This document shows positions 23,229-35,260 of a stretch of 39,817 nt of DNA, piece by piece. This DNA is from Octopus bimaculoides (taxonomy: Eukaryota): positions 48,326,742-48,366,558 of the forward strand of contig NC_068987.1 of assembly GCF_001194135.2 (NCBI RefSeq), in the 5' to 3' direction. Both the position numbers and the translations under genes were made by a program. The notes beneath the pieces were generated by a model. The model worked only from the letters and a program-made list of their open reading frames with translations, was not told the DNA's origin and did no database searches. Positions within the stretch are counted from its first letter, which is position 1, and each line of letters begins with the position of its first letter.

Positions 23229-23590
23229 GAGGGAACCTGTGGAAGAGGCAGACCCAAGAAGATGTGGGACAAAGTGGTGATATATGATCTTTGATTGTTG
23301 TGTGTCTCATGGAGGCAATGACAAGTGACCAAGACTTCTGGTGTTTTGTTGTGCTTCAGAAGACATGTCAAACTAAGTGAAATCATGGTCATGGCCAGTG
23401 CCACATAAAAGGTACCTATGCCAGTAACACAAAAAACACCCAGTATACTCTAGAGTTGTTGGTATTGGGAAGGGCATCCTGCTGTAGAAACCAAGCCAAA
23501 TCAGACTAGAGTTTGATGCCACTCTCCAGCTTACCAGTCAAATCATCTAACCCATGCCAAGATGGAAAATGGATATTAAATAATGATAAT
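23229..23590 (+). mobile_element. Decayed RTE LINE 3' end
   Basis: It starts EGTCGRGRPKKMWDKVV, continues with a 3' UTR homologous to the 15591 and 37874 copies, and ends ...ATGGAAAATGGATATTAAATAATGATAATGAC. Confidence 0.85.
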
Positions 23591-24244
23591 GACATACATA
23601 CATATATAAACATTAAAGTAGTGAGGAAAGGCAAACAATTAGGCAATGCGGAACAAGGACATTTAATTTCATTTAATTCAATCTAAAATTTAGCTACATA
23701 ACAAATGGTAAAAACAGTACAAAATAGTAAAACATGACACACCTATTTGAGCACTCAAAACACTTACTCATTAGTTTGAGTCATCCAGATGAAAACTCCT
23801 CATATCTTCTATATATAAAATATATACATACATATATATTAATGGGCTTCTTCCAGCTTCTGTCTACCATATCCATTCACAAGGCATTGGTTGGCCTGGA
23901 GCTTTTAGTAGAAGACACTTGCCCAAGGTGTCACATATTGGCACTGAAGCCAAAACAAATTGGTTGAGGAGAAAACTTCTGAACTACACAACTACACTTG
24001 TACTTATTGCATTAATATATAACTTCACACACTGGAAGTAGACTACAAATTTAAAGTGAAGCGGTTTACTTGATTGAATCATCTCTCGTATATGACTAGT
24101 AATTATTTTACAATAAAATGACTCACCCCTTGCTCCAAAAGAATGAAGATCAATGTTGACCCCAGTGGTACTAGTACACACAAAAACTTAATTACAGTAT
24201 GTTGGGTGTTACATTCTACCACTTTAAAACTCTAATATGGTGGT

Positions 24245-25081
24245 TAGTGGCAGAAACCATACAGTGACGGATTAAAAAATGCTTTATAGTATTTAGTTAC
24301 ATCCCCAAATATTCTGATTTCAAATCCAGATGAAGTTAATTTTGTCTTTCATCCTTTGGGATTGATAAAATAAAGTGCCAGGAATATACTGAAGTTGATA
24401 TAATTGCACCTATGCTGGAAGCCATTATGACAGAATCATTAGCACACCAGGCAATATGCATTGCAGTATTTTGTCTGTCTTTATGTTCTGAGTCCAAATG
24501 CCATCAAGGGTCAATAAATTAAGTACCAGTGAAACACAGGGGTTGAGGTAATTAACCATCCCCCCTCCCCAAAATTTCAGGCTTTGTGCCTATAGTAGAA
24601 ATGATTATTATTATTATTCGACATTTGATAGTTTCAGACAAATTTCTACTGCATGACCTACTACACCTTGTTGCTGAGGTGTATCCTTGCTTTTTTTTGG
24701 GGGGGGGGGATAAAAATTCTTCTTGGTATTGTATTGCATCAGTTTGTTTTGTTATGGGGCTTAGCTTCAGTCTTTTGTTCTATTAGTGTTTGTACTGTGC
24801 TGTGTGTATAATGCTAGTTGTGTTCTGTTGATGCCTATAGAGTACATGTTGTTTATTTTATTTACTGTATAGAGTGTCTTGTATTTGTGGATTGTTTTAT
24901 TTGGGTTGTATTATTGAATTAGGATGTGGGCTATTTTTTGGGAGTTCAGATTCCGCCGAGGTTGACTTTGCCTTTCATCCCTTCAAAGTCAATGAAATAA
25001 GTACCAGTTATGAACTGAGGTTGATGCAATCAACTATCTCCCTCCTCCAAAATTTCAGGCCTTGTGCTTATAGTAGAAAAG

Positions 25082-25122
<41 letters not shown>

Positions 25123-25335
25123 GACAGCGAGCTGGTAGAATTGTTAGCACATTGGGCTAAATCTTGGTAGCATTTTGTCTGTCTTTATGTTCTGAGTTCA
25201 AATTCACCAAGGTCGACTTTGCCTTCCATCCTTTCAGGGTTGATGAAATAAGTATCAGTTAAGCACTGGGGTTAATGAAATTGACTAGCCCCCACCCCAA
25301 ATTTCAGTCCTTGTACCTATAGTAGAAAGAATTAT
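24245..25335 (+). mobile_element. Cluster of four copies of a third SINE family with (ATT)n tails (24245-24425, 24430-24615, 24945-25121, 25122-25335). Other copies: 32295-32445+, 30135-30310-, 16440-16650-, 14900-14990-
   Basis: The shared block reads GTTC.GA.TTCAAAT.C..C.AGGT.GACTTTGCCTTTCATCC.TTC..GGT..AT.AAAT.AAGTACCAG...CCCCAAAATTTCAGGCCTTGTGC.TATAGTAGAAA.GATTATTATT. Confidence 0.82.
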
Positions 25336-25880
25336 TGAGAGTAATAGTATTTAATATGTATTCCCTGAAGGAAATATAATAATAAATAAACAATAACAAA
25401 ATGGTTTTAAGATCTAAAGATAAACAATACTTTTATTAATATTCTTTGACTATCAAACAAATATATTTAATTAACTTGAAAATTGAACACGTATGTTTAT
25501 TAGATATTTACTTATAGAATGTTGGAGCTAGTGTTTTAAAAAACCTTTGCTGATACTAACCAGTTTAACCATCATGTGAAAGTATATTTTCTTTTTTTAG
25601 CTAAACAGACTACAGCTTAGAAAGTAATGAATAAGCTCTACAACTGAAACATAACACAACAAAAGCAACAAGTTTCAAATTGATGAACAAATTTAAGTGA
25701 TTTTTAGAATTTAAATTATGAGGGATTACTTTTAACACTTAGAGAAAACAGAAACCCTTTAATTCAGTGAAGCTGAAATTTCATCAATATCTAAGTTTTA
25801 TAAAAACAGACTTGAGCTCCTAATTTCATAGGCTTTGACAGATTCCTTCTGCCCTTGGGATAATAAAGGTTATTAATTAA

Positions 25881-26084
25881 CCCTTTAGCATTTAAACCAG
25901 CCATATCCAGTCAAAGTAATCTATCTGTTTTATCTTCAAACCAGTCAGATCTGGCCTCTCACACTTACCCTACAATATTATCACATCACTGAAATCTCAA
26001 AGCTACAAGGTAGTGCAAGACTAATTCAAATCAATGTGAATAAATAAGCATTACATTTGACAGAGAAATCTGAATGCTAATGGG
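25881..26084 (+). mobile_element. piggyBac-type MITE, family A
   Basis: It reads TTAA-CCCTTTAGCATT...AATGCTAATGGG-TTAA. Confidence 0.88.
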
Positions 26085-28107
26085 TTAAGTAATAAAGTAG
26101 TCTATCTCAGGATAAATTTCCAATCCAGAAGGAGTTAAAGATGAAAAAGCTTCTTTCAGTTTCTGTCGACTAAATACACTCAAAAGGCTTTGGTCAGTCT
26201 GAGGCAACAGTAGAAGACACTTGCCCAAAAGTATTATGCAGTGGAACTGAAGCTAAGACTACATGGTTGGGGAGTAAGCTTCTTAACCATATAGCCATGC
26301 CTGTATTTCGATAATTTCTTCGTGTAGATAGATATGTAAATTTGTAATTATTATCATCAGCATTGATTGAGCTCATTCTATTCTATGCTGGTGAATATGC
26401 ACACACACACACACACACACTTCAATCAACTGACGTCCATCTCTTCCAAAAGATCTATATTTAACAAAATTAACAATATGTGTTGAGTAATTGGGTGTGA
26501 ATGAAAATACATCATGCAACTCAACAAACTTATCCAATAATAAGGGAAAGAAATCAATAGTTAGAAAATGAAGGGGAAAGGTGTTGTAGTGTTAGTGATA
26601 GTTTGTATCAGAAGTAGGGATGTGTTTGCTTCAATAAATGCAAATATAGTTCTAAAAAGATCCATTTCAGATTTTTGATGTCAAGAGATTTTGATATTTT
26701 TTTCTCAGAAATTGTTGGATTCTTCAAGTTAATGAGCTTACATTATGTTATATTCCTTGTATAATTAGTGTAATTTTATAAATTAATACAGATGGAACAA
26801 TTTCATGGTCATAAATAAAGTAAATTCTTTTAAAACTCAACTTCTCTGAGAACCGGTACTTTAGCTTTATTTTCATGGCATGAAGCAGATGAGAGATAAA
26901 TTTCTATCCTGAATAAGATTACTGAAAACTTGCAGGTTTTGCAATAGTCTAGCCAGTCAATGTAAAAGAAAACGCTCTTCACAGGAAAACAACACAGAAG
27001 AATGTACTTCAATTTAGATCACATTAAAACAGAAAGTTTGTACCTAGAACCAGTGGTAGTCTGAGTGGGTTAGTATCAAATGAGTTAAGAAAGACATGAC
27101 TTTTACATGATTGTATTTTCTCTCCAAGCAAATCTGAAGACATTTCTGTATAGACACACACATAATTCAAATTGAATAGACACTTTTTTTTAGCAGGTTT
27201 TGTATCTCATTTTTTCTGGATTCAGATAATGACACTAGAGTCTATCTATCTTTCACTGCCTCAATAGTGATGATGATTTAATCAACTTTATACATCCTCC
27301 AAATATTTCCTTCCATTAGAAACCAATAGGGATTCTTTCTCTGTGTGGTTGTTCAAGCCGTTACATAAACAGCTAAATCTCCTGTAAATCACGTACCTAC
27401 CATCTAAGTAAAGAGATGATATATTGGACAAGGCAGCTGCACATAAAAAGACAAGAAAATAATGATGACTGTGATCATAGGTCTGACTTCAGACTATACA
27501 ATACCCACCCACCTTACAAAATTGGCATTGTGTCTTAGGAAGCAATAGTCATAATTAGTTTTGTATAAATCTTGTCAGTAGTGGGTGGAACATAAGACTA
27601 AAAAATAAATCTAATCTATGTCAGTGCAGAAAGCAAAACAAAAACTGGGTGTGTATATAGCAAATGATAGCAGGGTGACAGTTTTACTAGCAGACACTTA
27701 ACAGCTTACAGTTAGCTAAGCTGACTTGTATCAAAAAAGTTAACCAACTTAGAAGAAAGTCATAGTTTAAAATTCATAACTCTAGTCTAAAAAAGCTGTT
27801 ATAAATCTAGCAATACCCCTCCACCACTCTCCTTGTGACACACAAACTGCACCTCTTTGTGCCACCAGACAGTTTTATTACTGCAGTTAAACAAGGTTAC
27901 ATCAGAATAGTTTCCCAAATAAATGTATAATTAGATAAAGAGAAAACATCTCCCAGAGAAGTAAGCTGTTCTGATTTGCAAAAATTATCTCAATAATCAT
28001 AGCAGCTCTTTATCTGCAGAAAAATATGAAAAGGGAGTTGAGATACCCATGCCTTTTCATTTAGAAAGCAGAAGATATGCAACAAAGTAGTTACAACTGG
28101 AAATTAA

Positions 28108-28327
28108 CCCTTTAGCATTTAAACCAGCCATATCCAGCCAAAACAGTCTACCTGTTTTATGTTCAAAACAGCCAGATCAGGCCACTCACAACTAATCTAC
28201 AATGTCAATCTAAAAATAAACAATCACATTATATTAACTTTGAAGCAACAAGACAATATAAGATTAATTCAAAACAAAGTGAATAAATAAGCATTACATT
28301 TGACAGAATAATTTAAATGCTAAATGG
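28108..28327 (+). mobile_element. piggyBac-type MITE, family A
   Basis: It reads TTAA-CCCTTTAGCATT...AATGCTAAATGG-TTAA, with a body homologous to the other family A copies. Confidence 0.88.
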
Positions 28328-28407
28328 TTAAACAGAAAGTAGACTGCTGAGATATTATAGTCAGACCAAAAGGCATGTAATATAATGGCTTGTGATATTT
28401 CCACTAT

Positions 28408-28640
28408 TTTAACATTTCTAATACCACCCACCCAAGACTGCCCCTGGGTCTATAATACAAACTTCCTGTTTTCAAGTGATCTAATTAAATAAAATTTGCC
28501 ATCAAAATTTCATGTTAAATGTTCCAAAGATTGGTTTTAATAATGATGAAGTTCATCCAATAAATTCTTCATTATCTTTAAAATTAATTGAAATTAAGGT
28601 AATGTAATTTAACACAAACATGGTAAATAAAAAGATTAAG
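28408..28640 (+). mobile_element. piggyBac-type MITE family B (degraded)
   Basis: The shared body reads ACAAACTTCCTGTTTT.AAGTGATCTAA...AAAATTAATTGAAA and it ends AAAAAGATTAA. Confidence 0.7.
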
Positions 28641-28799
28641 CTCATTAGGACACAATACGCTTTACGACTGTGTTAAACTGATTTAACAGCTGTTAAAAAC
28701 CTCCATTGCCTTGTTTCATGACACCCTCCCAACCATCTTCATCTCAAATAAATAACATCCTCCCCTTTCTAGTTCTTTCAGGGAGATACTGGTGGTTTT

Positions 28800-29460
28800 A
28801 ACAGACTGAGCAAACATAAACAAAGAGGTGCCTTCAAATAAGACTTGACAACAGGAGTGAGAAGCTGATTCATTAAGAGCTAAATTTGATGGTTTGTTAA
28901 CATACTGTAATCAACAGACACAAGCTTGTATAGTAGCTGCACAGGGCAAACATTTGACTGTATGGATCAACACTCTGCCAATTGCAATTGTTGGCAACTT
29001 ATTAAGCAGCTATGAATTACAAATGGCAGTAGTGTTGAGAGTAGGTACCAATATTTGTACTCTGTGCAAATGTCATTGAGGAAGTTCACAGACTTCTTGA
29101 GATTAAATTAGACTTTCCTGCTGCTTAACAACAGCAAGTTTCTGCAACAGACCGAGATCAATAGAATAATAAAGGAAGCAGTAGTCTTAATGTTTCGACA
29201 GTTCTAGAACTAGTCAGTTTGTCTCATACTAATGGCAAAAGACCAGGAGGCATAACATAATGCCTGCTGTAGTAGATTCTTTTACCATATGTCATGTACT
29301 TAATTGTGTTGTTCTTGCAAATTCTGGCATTTTGAAGATTTTCAAAGAGCCAATGCTTTATCTACTTATTGATTTTCAACTTGAGCTGAATTTAAATTTA
29401 ATTAGGAAACGTGAAGATACCACACTTAGATTCTTATTCTTTTAACGGATCCAGTGGTAG
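28800..29460 (+). mobile_element. Decayed CRE-like non-LTR retrotransposon C-terminus (Zn knuckle and restriction-like endonuclease)
   Basis: The ordered motifs are AAQGKHLTVWINTLPIAIVGNLLSSYELQMAVVLRVG..CKC, LSC, EINRIIKEA, ELVSLSHTNGKRPGGIT and RFLFF*RI. They are colinear with the CRE-type pattern WLxAxP..GxxL..xAVxLRLG..CxC..HxLSC..RH..NxII..EPxGL..DGKRPDGxT..FLFQRxS. Confidence 0.68.
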
Positions 29461-29509
29461 GACTGTGACCATGCTAGAGCACTGCTTTAATTTATTTTCT
29501 GTCAGTTTT

Positions 29510-30090
29510 GTTGTTTTATGGCTGGAAGGTGATCTATGATTGAGTTTGTAGCTGTTGATCTTCCCTGAGCATGTCCGTAAATTGCTGGTTCAGCACCATC
29601 ATTAGAAGTTTATTCAATGTATTTTTGAATGTTTCAATAGAGGTTCCTGTTGTATTTATGAATTCTTTAGGTAGGCAGTTGAACAGTTGAGGACATACTT
29701 GTGATTTTGAAGGTGGTATATTTGGAAGATGACAGTATCTAGCAGTTCATGCATTAAAATTCTCTGCAATGCCTAAGTTTGGAACATGCCCCTACAGGAT
29801 TTTCCATACATGTATGATAGTATATCTCTTTCTTCAGTGTTCAAGAGAGTAGAGTTGCAGAACTTTCAGACATTCACAATAATTAAGGCTTTCAACCAAA
29901 TTTTACTGGTGAACATTCTTTGTAACCCTTAAAATTCTTGTATGAGACTGAATGAGTTAGGAGACCAAAGTAATCTAATCTGCTCAGAACTAAGATTTTC
30001 CATAGAGTTTGTAGGATCCATCCTATGAAATGTCTGCAGTTTGGTAATGTAGATGATGAACAATGCATAACTTTCAAGTAACTAGACAGC
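29510..30090 (-). mobile_element. Decayed CR1-type LINE, 3' part of ORF2
   Basis: The minus frames read TLWKILVLSRLDY, EGLQRMFTSKI, LKVLQLYSLEH*RKRYTIIHVWKIL*GHVPNLGI and CPQLFNCLPKEF..TFKNTLNKLL. These are CR1 C-terminal motifs, with several stops. Confidence 0.85.
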
Positions 30091-30404
30091 AACCACTAAG
30101 CTCAGTGCAATGATAGGGACAGTAGGACACATATTTTGGAGGGAAGTAATATCAATTTTATCAACACAGTACCTGACTGATACTTATTTCATTGACCCCA
30201 GAAGGACAAAGAGTAGAGTCAACCGAGACAGAATTTTTAACACAAAAAAAAGTAAAGAAATATCATTAACTACTATAAGACAATTTGTCCAGTACTCTAC
30301 AGATTTTGTATCTAAAGTAGTGAGACTAAAAATAGCTTCAGCTCAAACTTATGTTTGTTGGCATATAGAATCATGGTGATAAGAAGGAGCTTCAGACTTA
30401 TAGC

Positions 30405-30626
30405 CCCTTTTGGTACTGACCTGCATTAAAACCACCATTCAGTTCTGTGATATAAGCTACTTGGTTTAAAGTGATCTAAATTAAAACTTTCCACCGAAAA
30501 TTTCATGTTCTATACAACAGCTTAATAATGACAAAATTACTTTACAAAATTCTTCAATATTTTCAAAATTAATTGAAACAAAGACTTTCATTACCATTTT
30601 TCATCAGAAATATGATAACAAAAGGG
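30405..30626 (+). mobile_element. piggyBac-type MITE family B
   Basis: It reads CCCTTTTGGTAC...GATAACAAAAGGG-TTAA, with a body homologous to 4678-5179. Confidence 0.8.
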
Positions 30627-31159
30627 TTAACACCTTCATGTAAAAGTCTTTGCCTGTAGAGAAGGAAACACTTAAAATTTAACATAATTTTGAAGTGTTC
30701 ATTTTCAAAGCTAATTTCTGTTTGTACAAGTTGACTTCAATGTTTTCTTCAAATTCCAGCAGAAAAGATTCATCCTGACCTAACATGTTTTAAGTGAAGC
30801 CTTAAGACAATGAATAAATGGTTATAACACATAATGTGACACAACAAGCTTGAAGATTCAACCATAGCTAGATACATAATTAAATGTGTCAAAAGAAAAC
30901 TTGTTGCCAAAAACATAAATTTGCAACTTATTCATCATGTAATTTGGATATCTCATCGTTTAATAACTAAAATAAAATATTTTCAAAATGGAATGCAACA
31001 TATCCAATTCATCTGTGTGTGCATAAATGCACAAAAACGTGTTTTTAAATGCTAATTTTTAAGATCTTCCCAGTCATGACCATATCAAATTTTTTAAACC
31101 AAAATCTTTCTCACGTCACACCATACACTTTTTGTTTTTGAAAAATAGCACATTGGTAG

Positions 31160-32600
31160 ATGTAGCTTGGGGATGGTCATGGGTGGAGCATATCTTTCAA
31201 CACAGATCTGCTGGATTAGAGCTGAACAGAGGCTAATCAACAATAACAACTAGTAACAGACTCATGTATATGTGTGCATATATGTGTACGTTGTTGTTGT
31301 TGGCACTCCGTCGCTTACAACGTCGAGGGTTCCAGTTGATCCGATCAACGGAACAGCCTGCTCGTGAAATTAACGTGCAAGTGGCTGAGCACTCCACAGA
31401 CACGTATACCCTTAACGTAGTTCTCAGAGAGATTCAGAGTGACACAGTGTGACAAGGCTGGCCCCTTGAATTACAGGTACAACAGAAACAGGAAGAAAGA
31501 GTGAGAGAAAGAGTACAGCAGGGTTCGCCACCATTCCCTGCCGGAGCCTTGTGGAGCTTTAGGTGTTTTCGCTCAATAAACACTCACAACGCCCGGTCTG
31601 GGAATCAAAACCACGATCCTATGACCGCGAGTCCACTGCCCTAACCACCAGGCCATTGCGCCTCCACATATATGTGTATATAGTTGGAAATAATTACATT
31701 CCCATCTTACACGTAGTTTGTTGCTAAATTAATTCATAAAAATTTTGAAAATCAAACATTATTTTGATTAAGATGTAACATACATTTCAACATAGTACAG
31801 TTGAATGAAAAATATAGTGGGATGGTCATGAGTGGAGTGTGTTTGACCTTATGTCTGCTAAACAACAATAATAATTAATAGCAAACTCATCTAATGAGAA
31901 ATCCTTCTATATGATCACTCACTCTAGACATAAATTTCCACTTGGACAGAACAGTAATCTGTAATAGTTGTGAGTTTCACCTGTGGTCAGCCTGGATTCA
32001 GCAGACCTCTATGATCCCAGGCAGTTCAATGATCATTTTGGCTGTTATTTTTAGTAGACTGAATGACTGCATAGAAGATTTTTTTATTGGCAAGGAACAG
32101 TTTTGCTAGTTGCTATTGCTGTTTAGCCCCAGATCAGCTCTGCTCCTGCTGACCTATGATCAAAAAGTTTTACCCATGACCATTGCAATCTTTTTATTTT
32201 TTTCTGTCCTTATTTTAAATGATCTTCCCCCCAAAATTGCTGCTATTGTGTCAAAATTAGAAATTATTCTCATAATTTAGGATGATGAGCTATCAGAATC
32301 ATTAGCGACATTTTTTTCAGTTCTTTAAGTTGAGTTCAAATTCCATGAAGGTTGACTTTGCCTTTCACCCTTTTGGGGGTCGATAAAATAAGTACTTATT
32401 GAGTCAATGTAATTGCTGGCTTTGTACCAAAATTAGAAAGAATATTTCTATTGATTTCAACAAGGAATGTAGTTGGTATTTCTAGCATTACACACACACA
32501 CAAGTTAAACCCCAGTTGCTATTGTTGTTTAGCCCCAGGTCAGCTCTGAGCCAATGGACTAATAATCAAAGGCATTTCACCCAATCCATTTTTCATTTTT
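31160..32600. repeat. Cluster of short dispersed repeats (31160-31255-, 31818-31870-, 31980-32040+, 32105-32200+, 32515-32600+)
   Basis: The shared motif is GTTGCTATTG.TGTTTAGCCCCAG.TCAGCTCTG...GAC.TATGATCAAA.G..TT..CC.ATGACCAT. Confidence 0.65.
31289..31666 (-). mobile_element. Young full-length tRNA-derived SINE with (AAC)n tail and 12-bp TSD
   Basis: The head has A-box-like TGGCCTGGTGG and B-box-like GGTTTTGATTCC. The tail is ...GGAGTGCCAACAACAACAAC. The direct repeat CATATATGTGTA lies at 31277-31288 and 31667-31678. Many CpGs are intact. Confidence 0.9.
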
Positions 32601-34449
32601 TGGACATAGTGTATCCCAGATACCAAAGTGTCCTTCAAAAGTGGTTGTGTGACATGAGGAATATTTTGGCTTAAAAAAAAAAAAAGACAAGATGGTTACG
32701 TTTAGAACGCTTTAAAAAAAGACTTGGTTAGACGTGGAAAACCTTTCAAGATCACTTAAAAAGACATCTTTTTGCACACCCATGCAAATACAAACAAATT
32801 GGACGCGTTATCTTTCCATTGATTTTTTTTTTTTTTNNNNNNNNNNNNNNNNNNNNNNNNNNNNNNNNNNNNNNNNNNNNNNNNNNNNNNNNNNNNNNNN
32901 NNNNNNNNNNNNNNNNNNNNNNNNNNNNNNNNNNNNNNNNNNNNNNNNNNNNNNNNNNNNNNNNNNNNNNNNNNNNNNNNNNNNNNNNNNNNNNNNNNNN
33001 NNNNNNNNNNNNNNNNNNNNNNNNNNNNNNNNNNNNNNNNNNNNNNNNNNNNNNNNNNNNNNNNNNNNNNNNNNNNNNNNNNNNNNNNNNNNNNNNNNNN
33101 NNNNNNNNNNNNNNNNNNNNNNNNNNNNNNNNNNNNNNNNNNNNNNNNNNNNNNNNNNNNNNNNNNNNNNNNNNNNNNNNNNNNNNNNNNNNNNNNNNNN
33201 NNNNNNNNNNNNNNNNNNNNNNNNNNNNNNNNNNNNNNNNNNNNNNNNNNNNNNNNNNNNNNNNNNNNNNNNNNNNNNNNNNNNNNNNNNNNNNNNNNNN
33301 NNNNNNNNNNNNNNNNNNNNNNNNNNNNNNNNNNNNNNNNNNNNNNNNNNNNNNNNNNNNNNNNNNNNNNNNNNNNNNNNNNNNNNNNNNNNNNNNNNNN
33401 NNNNNNNNNNNNNNNNNNNNNNNNNNNNNNNNNNNNNNNNNNNNNNNNNNNNNNNNNNNNNNNNNNNNNNNNNNNNNNNNNNNNNNNNNNNNNNNNNNNN
33501 NNNNNNNNNNNNNNNNNNNNNNNNNNNNNNNNNNNNNNNNNNNNNNNNNNNNNNNNNNNNNNNNNNNNNNNNNNNNNNNNNNNNNNNNNNNNNNNNNNNN
33601 NNNNNNNNNNNNNNNNNNNNNNNNNNNNNNNNNNNNNNNNNNNNNNNNNNNNNNNNNNNNNNNNNNNNNNNNNNNNNNNNNNNNNNNNNNNNNNNNNNNN
33701 NNNNNNNNNNNNNNNNNNNNNNAAAATCTGTGCATAAGAGGGAACAGATCCAGATCCTCTTTTTATGATAAAAAAAAGATTTTAACACACCAAATAATTC
33801 AAAAAACAAAGCACAATTCCCAAGGGAATTGTAGCTGCTTTTGGAACAACAGAGAAAAAGGGGAAAGAACAGAACAAGTCTCTAGGCCAAATTCCTTCTT
33901 TCAATACATGACTGAGCTTGACATTGGTTTGACCAACAGCAGTTAAAGCCACACACACACACTTCTACTTCTAGCTGTCTTATTTTATGACGCAAGATAA
34001 TAAAGAAAGCTTATGAATTTAGTTTTAATTATAAAATTACATCTCTCAACAGCTAAAAGCACTCTTTTTCAGCTTTAGAATTATTGCATATATATTCAAA
34101 TGTTTCATTAAATGGAACCTCTTCTTCGTATACTTTTCGTCATTCTGTCCAAACACATGGAATTACTATATGGAAGTGGGGCAAAATTAGTAACTGGGTC
34201 ATAATGAATAATTTCTGATTTCTTGTTATTTTCTCTCATTTTGTACTATTGCATCATCTTTGGGAGTAAAATTTGCTCAGTATAGGTTATGTAGTTGGGA
34301 GTAAAAGTTGGTCAATATACTTTAGATCAGGGGTTCATGCAAAATTTCTGGTGGTCCACAGATGAAATGCAGTAAATTGAGGGTATACAGTTTTTCACGG
34401 GCCATGGAAAATTGTGCTTTAGACCAGTAGTTTTCAATGTGGACCCTGC

Positions 34450-35058
34450 ACAGTTATCGAAGAGGTTTTGTCAACTGTTATGCACAAAAAACCTGATAAG
34501 ATTATGAAGAAGATCCCACTTAGTGATAACACAATTTCTCAAAGCATCGATGAAATGGCCAACAATGTCAAACATCAGCTCATTAATATTCTCCAGCATT
34601 CTGAATTTTCTATACAAGTGGATGAGTCAACTGTTGTGAACAATCAATGTTTGATGATGGTATATGTTCGGTATTTCAGCGAAGACCTTCAACCTTGTGA
34701 TGAAATGCTGTTCACAGAGAAATTGTCTCTTGATTCAAGAGGTGCAACTATTTTTCACACTCTCAAGTCCTTCCTTTTTGAACATAATATCCCACTCAGT
34801 AATATTCTTGCCTGTGCATCTGATGGAGCCCCTTCGATGATAGGAAGATACAGAGGTCTTTCATTTCTCCTAAAGCCTGAAATTTCCCACCAGATACTAA
34901 CTGTTCATTGCTTGGCACACCAGCAGTATTTAGTGGCAAAAAATATGAACTGTAGATTGAATGATGCGCTACAGTTAGTTATCAAGACTGTGAACAAGTT
35001 GAAGTCCAGTCCCTTGTCTGATTGAATTTTCCATCAACTCTGTCTGAGAAATGATGAG
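34450..35058 (+). pseudogene. hAT (Buster/Charlie, SCAND3/ZBED5-like) transposase fragment 1, catalytic core
   Basis: The 185-aa ORF contains IPLSDNTI..IDEM, FSIQVDEST (first catalytic D), ASDGAPSM (second D) and HCLAH (CxxH). An in-frame TGA at 35023-35025, where Arg is expected, is followed by IFHQLCLRNDE. Confidence 0.9.
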
Positions 35059-35260
35059 GTCCATATTAATCACACAAGAAATATTTCAGTTCTTAGCAAC
35101 AAGTTGATTTCAACATATTTTTGCAAGACTGATCTCCGAGTTAGTTTTTTAGGATAAAGGTAAGAACTTTTTCATATCTTCTATAACTAGTATATTAACA
35201 TATGTTCCAAGAAAAGAAACTTACAATTATTTTAATCCATTACTAATAAATATAATATTG

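Noticed and set aside
24620-24940. Strongly GT-skewed stretch, possibly a Penelope or LINE remnant on the minus strand
   Set aside because: No convincing protein motif was found in any frame.
30690-30795. Protein-like minus frame MLGQDESFLLEFEENIEVNLYKQKLALK, and similar short frames at ~34040-34130 and ~37660-37790
   Set aside because: They are under 50 aa, with weak or missing splice signals and no recognisable family.
31590-31666. tRNA-like sequence (also the heads at ~4150-4215 and in other SINEs)
   Set aside because: These have A/B boxes but no complete cloverleaf, and each continues into a SINE body and tail.
34450-35058. Possible domesticated SCAND3/ZBED-type gene
   Set aside because: It has an in-frame TGA at a likely CGA site, lacks the N- and C-termini, and sits directly against a TIR-like end.
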